From contig JAYWIR010000005.1 of NCBI GenBank assembly GCA_036172245.1, forward strand, positions 5,332,001 to 5,396,000: a stretch of DNA of 64,000 nucleotides. The letters run 5' to 3'. The notes beneath the pieces are model-generated. The model was given only the letters and a program-made list of their open reading frames with translations, searched no databases and had not been told where the DNA came from. This document shows, in pieces, positions 63,700 through 64,000 of the stretch (position 1 is its first letter; every line of letters begins with the position of its first letter). Made by a program: the position numbers and the translations under genes. The DNA comes from Raillietiella orientalis (Eukaryota).

Positions 63700-64000
63700 T
63701 GTTCTTTACGGAGAACTTAAACTGTATAAAAGCTCGGTATTAAGTAAGGAGTTTAGGAATCAGGTGAACATTTACTTGCATTAATGATCAGTACTGCATG
63801 ATTTGACTCTAAAAGCACATGAGCTTCACTCAGTGCTATCGATGAAAGGTCCAGGAGGAGGAAGCCATTTTGATTAAAATTAAAGCATACCTTTATGTTA
63901 GAACAAGAATTGTTTGAAGGGCTATGGGTAATACTGAGGGTGTCAATCCTGACGTTGGTTTGGCAGGAAGTTCTGAAGAAGGAGTTGTGGAGTTTAAGTT
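63700..64000 (+). mobile_element. Possible very decayed LINE reverse transcriptase remnant
   Basis: IKAYLYVRTRIV*RAMGNTEGVNPDVGL loosely resembles the segment preceding the QG motif of RTE-type RTs; no YADD visible before the window ends. Confidence 0.3.

Overview
Eukaryotic genomic DNA, probably from an arthropod or other ecdysozoan (inferred from a Neurexin IV-type gene, a bee-venom-type PLA2 and many 32-57 nt introns). AT-rich, gene-dense blocks (about 21-33 kb and 59-64 kb) alternate with GC-rich, transposon-filled blocks. Well-supported genes: a 10-exon Neurexin IV/Caspr (27407-32405, +), a 12-exon TMEM245 (54039-61211, -), and the catalytic-domain exons of a group III secreted phospholipase A2 (11627-12712, +) with a non-canonical Ca2+ loop. 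Less certain: an intronless orphan coiled-coil/TM protein with a histone H1-like tail (2188-3570, -), a possible highly diverged intronless PLA2-like ORF (7569-7937, +), and fragments of an unidentified micro-intron gene on the - strand. Mobile DNA: a nested cluster of decayed L1/Tx1-like LINE pieces (39.8-48.1 kb, more at 16.6-20.6 kb), a decayed RLE-type (R2/NeSL-like) element, and an internally deleted Tigger. The most unusual signals are a roughly 800-nt tRNA-headed repeat built as an array of about a dozen C-run/G-run hairpins (3 copies), and a LINE 3' UTR hairpin with compensatory substitutions plus a non-poly(A) terminal motif. All calls were read by eye; no searches were run.
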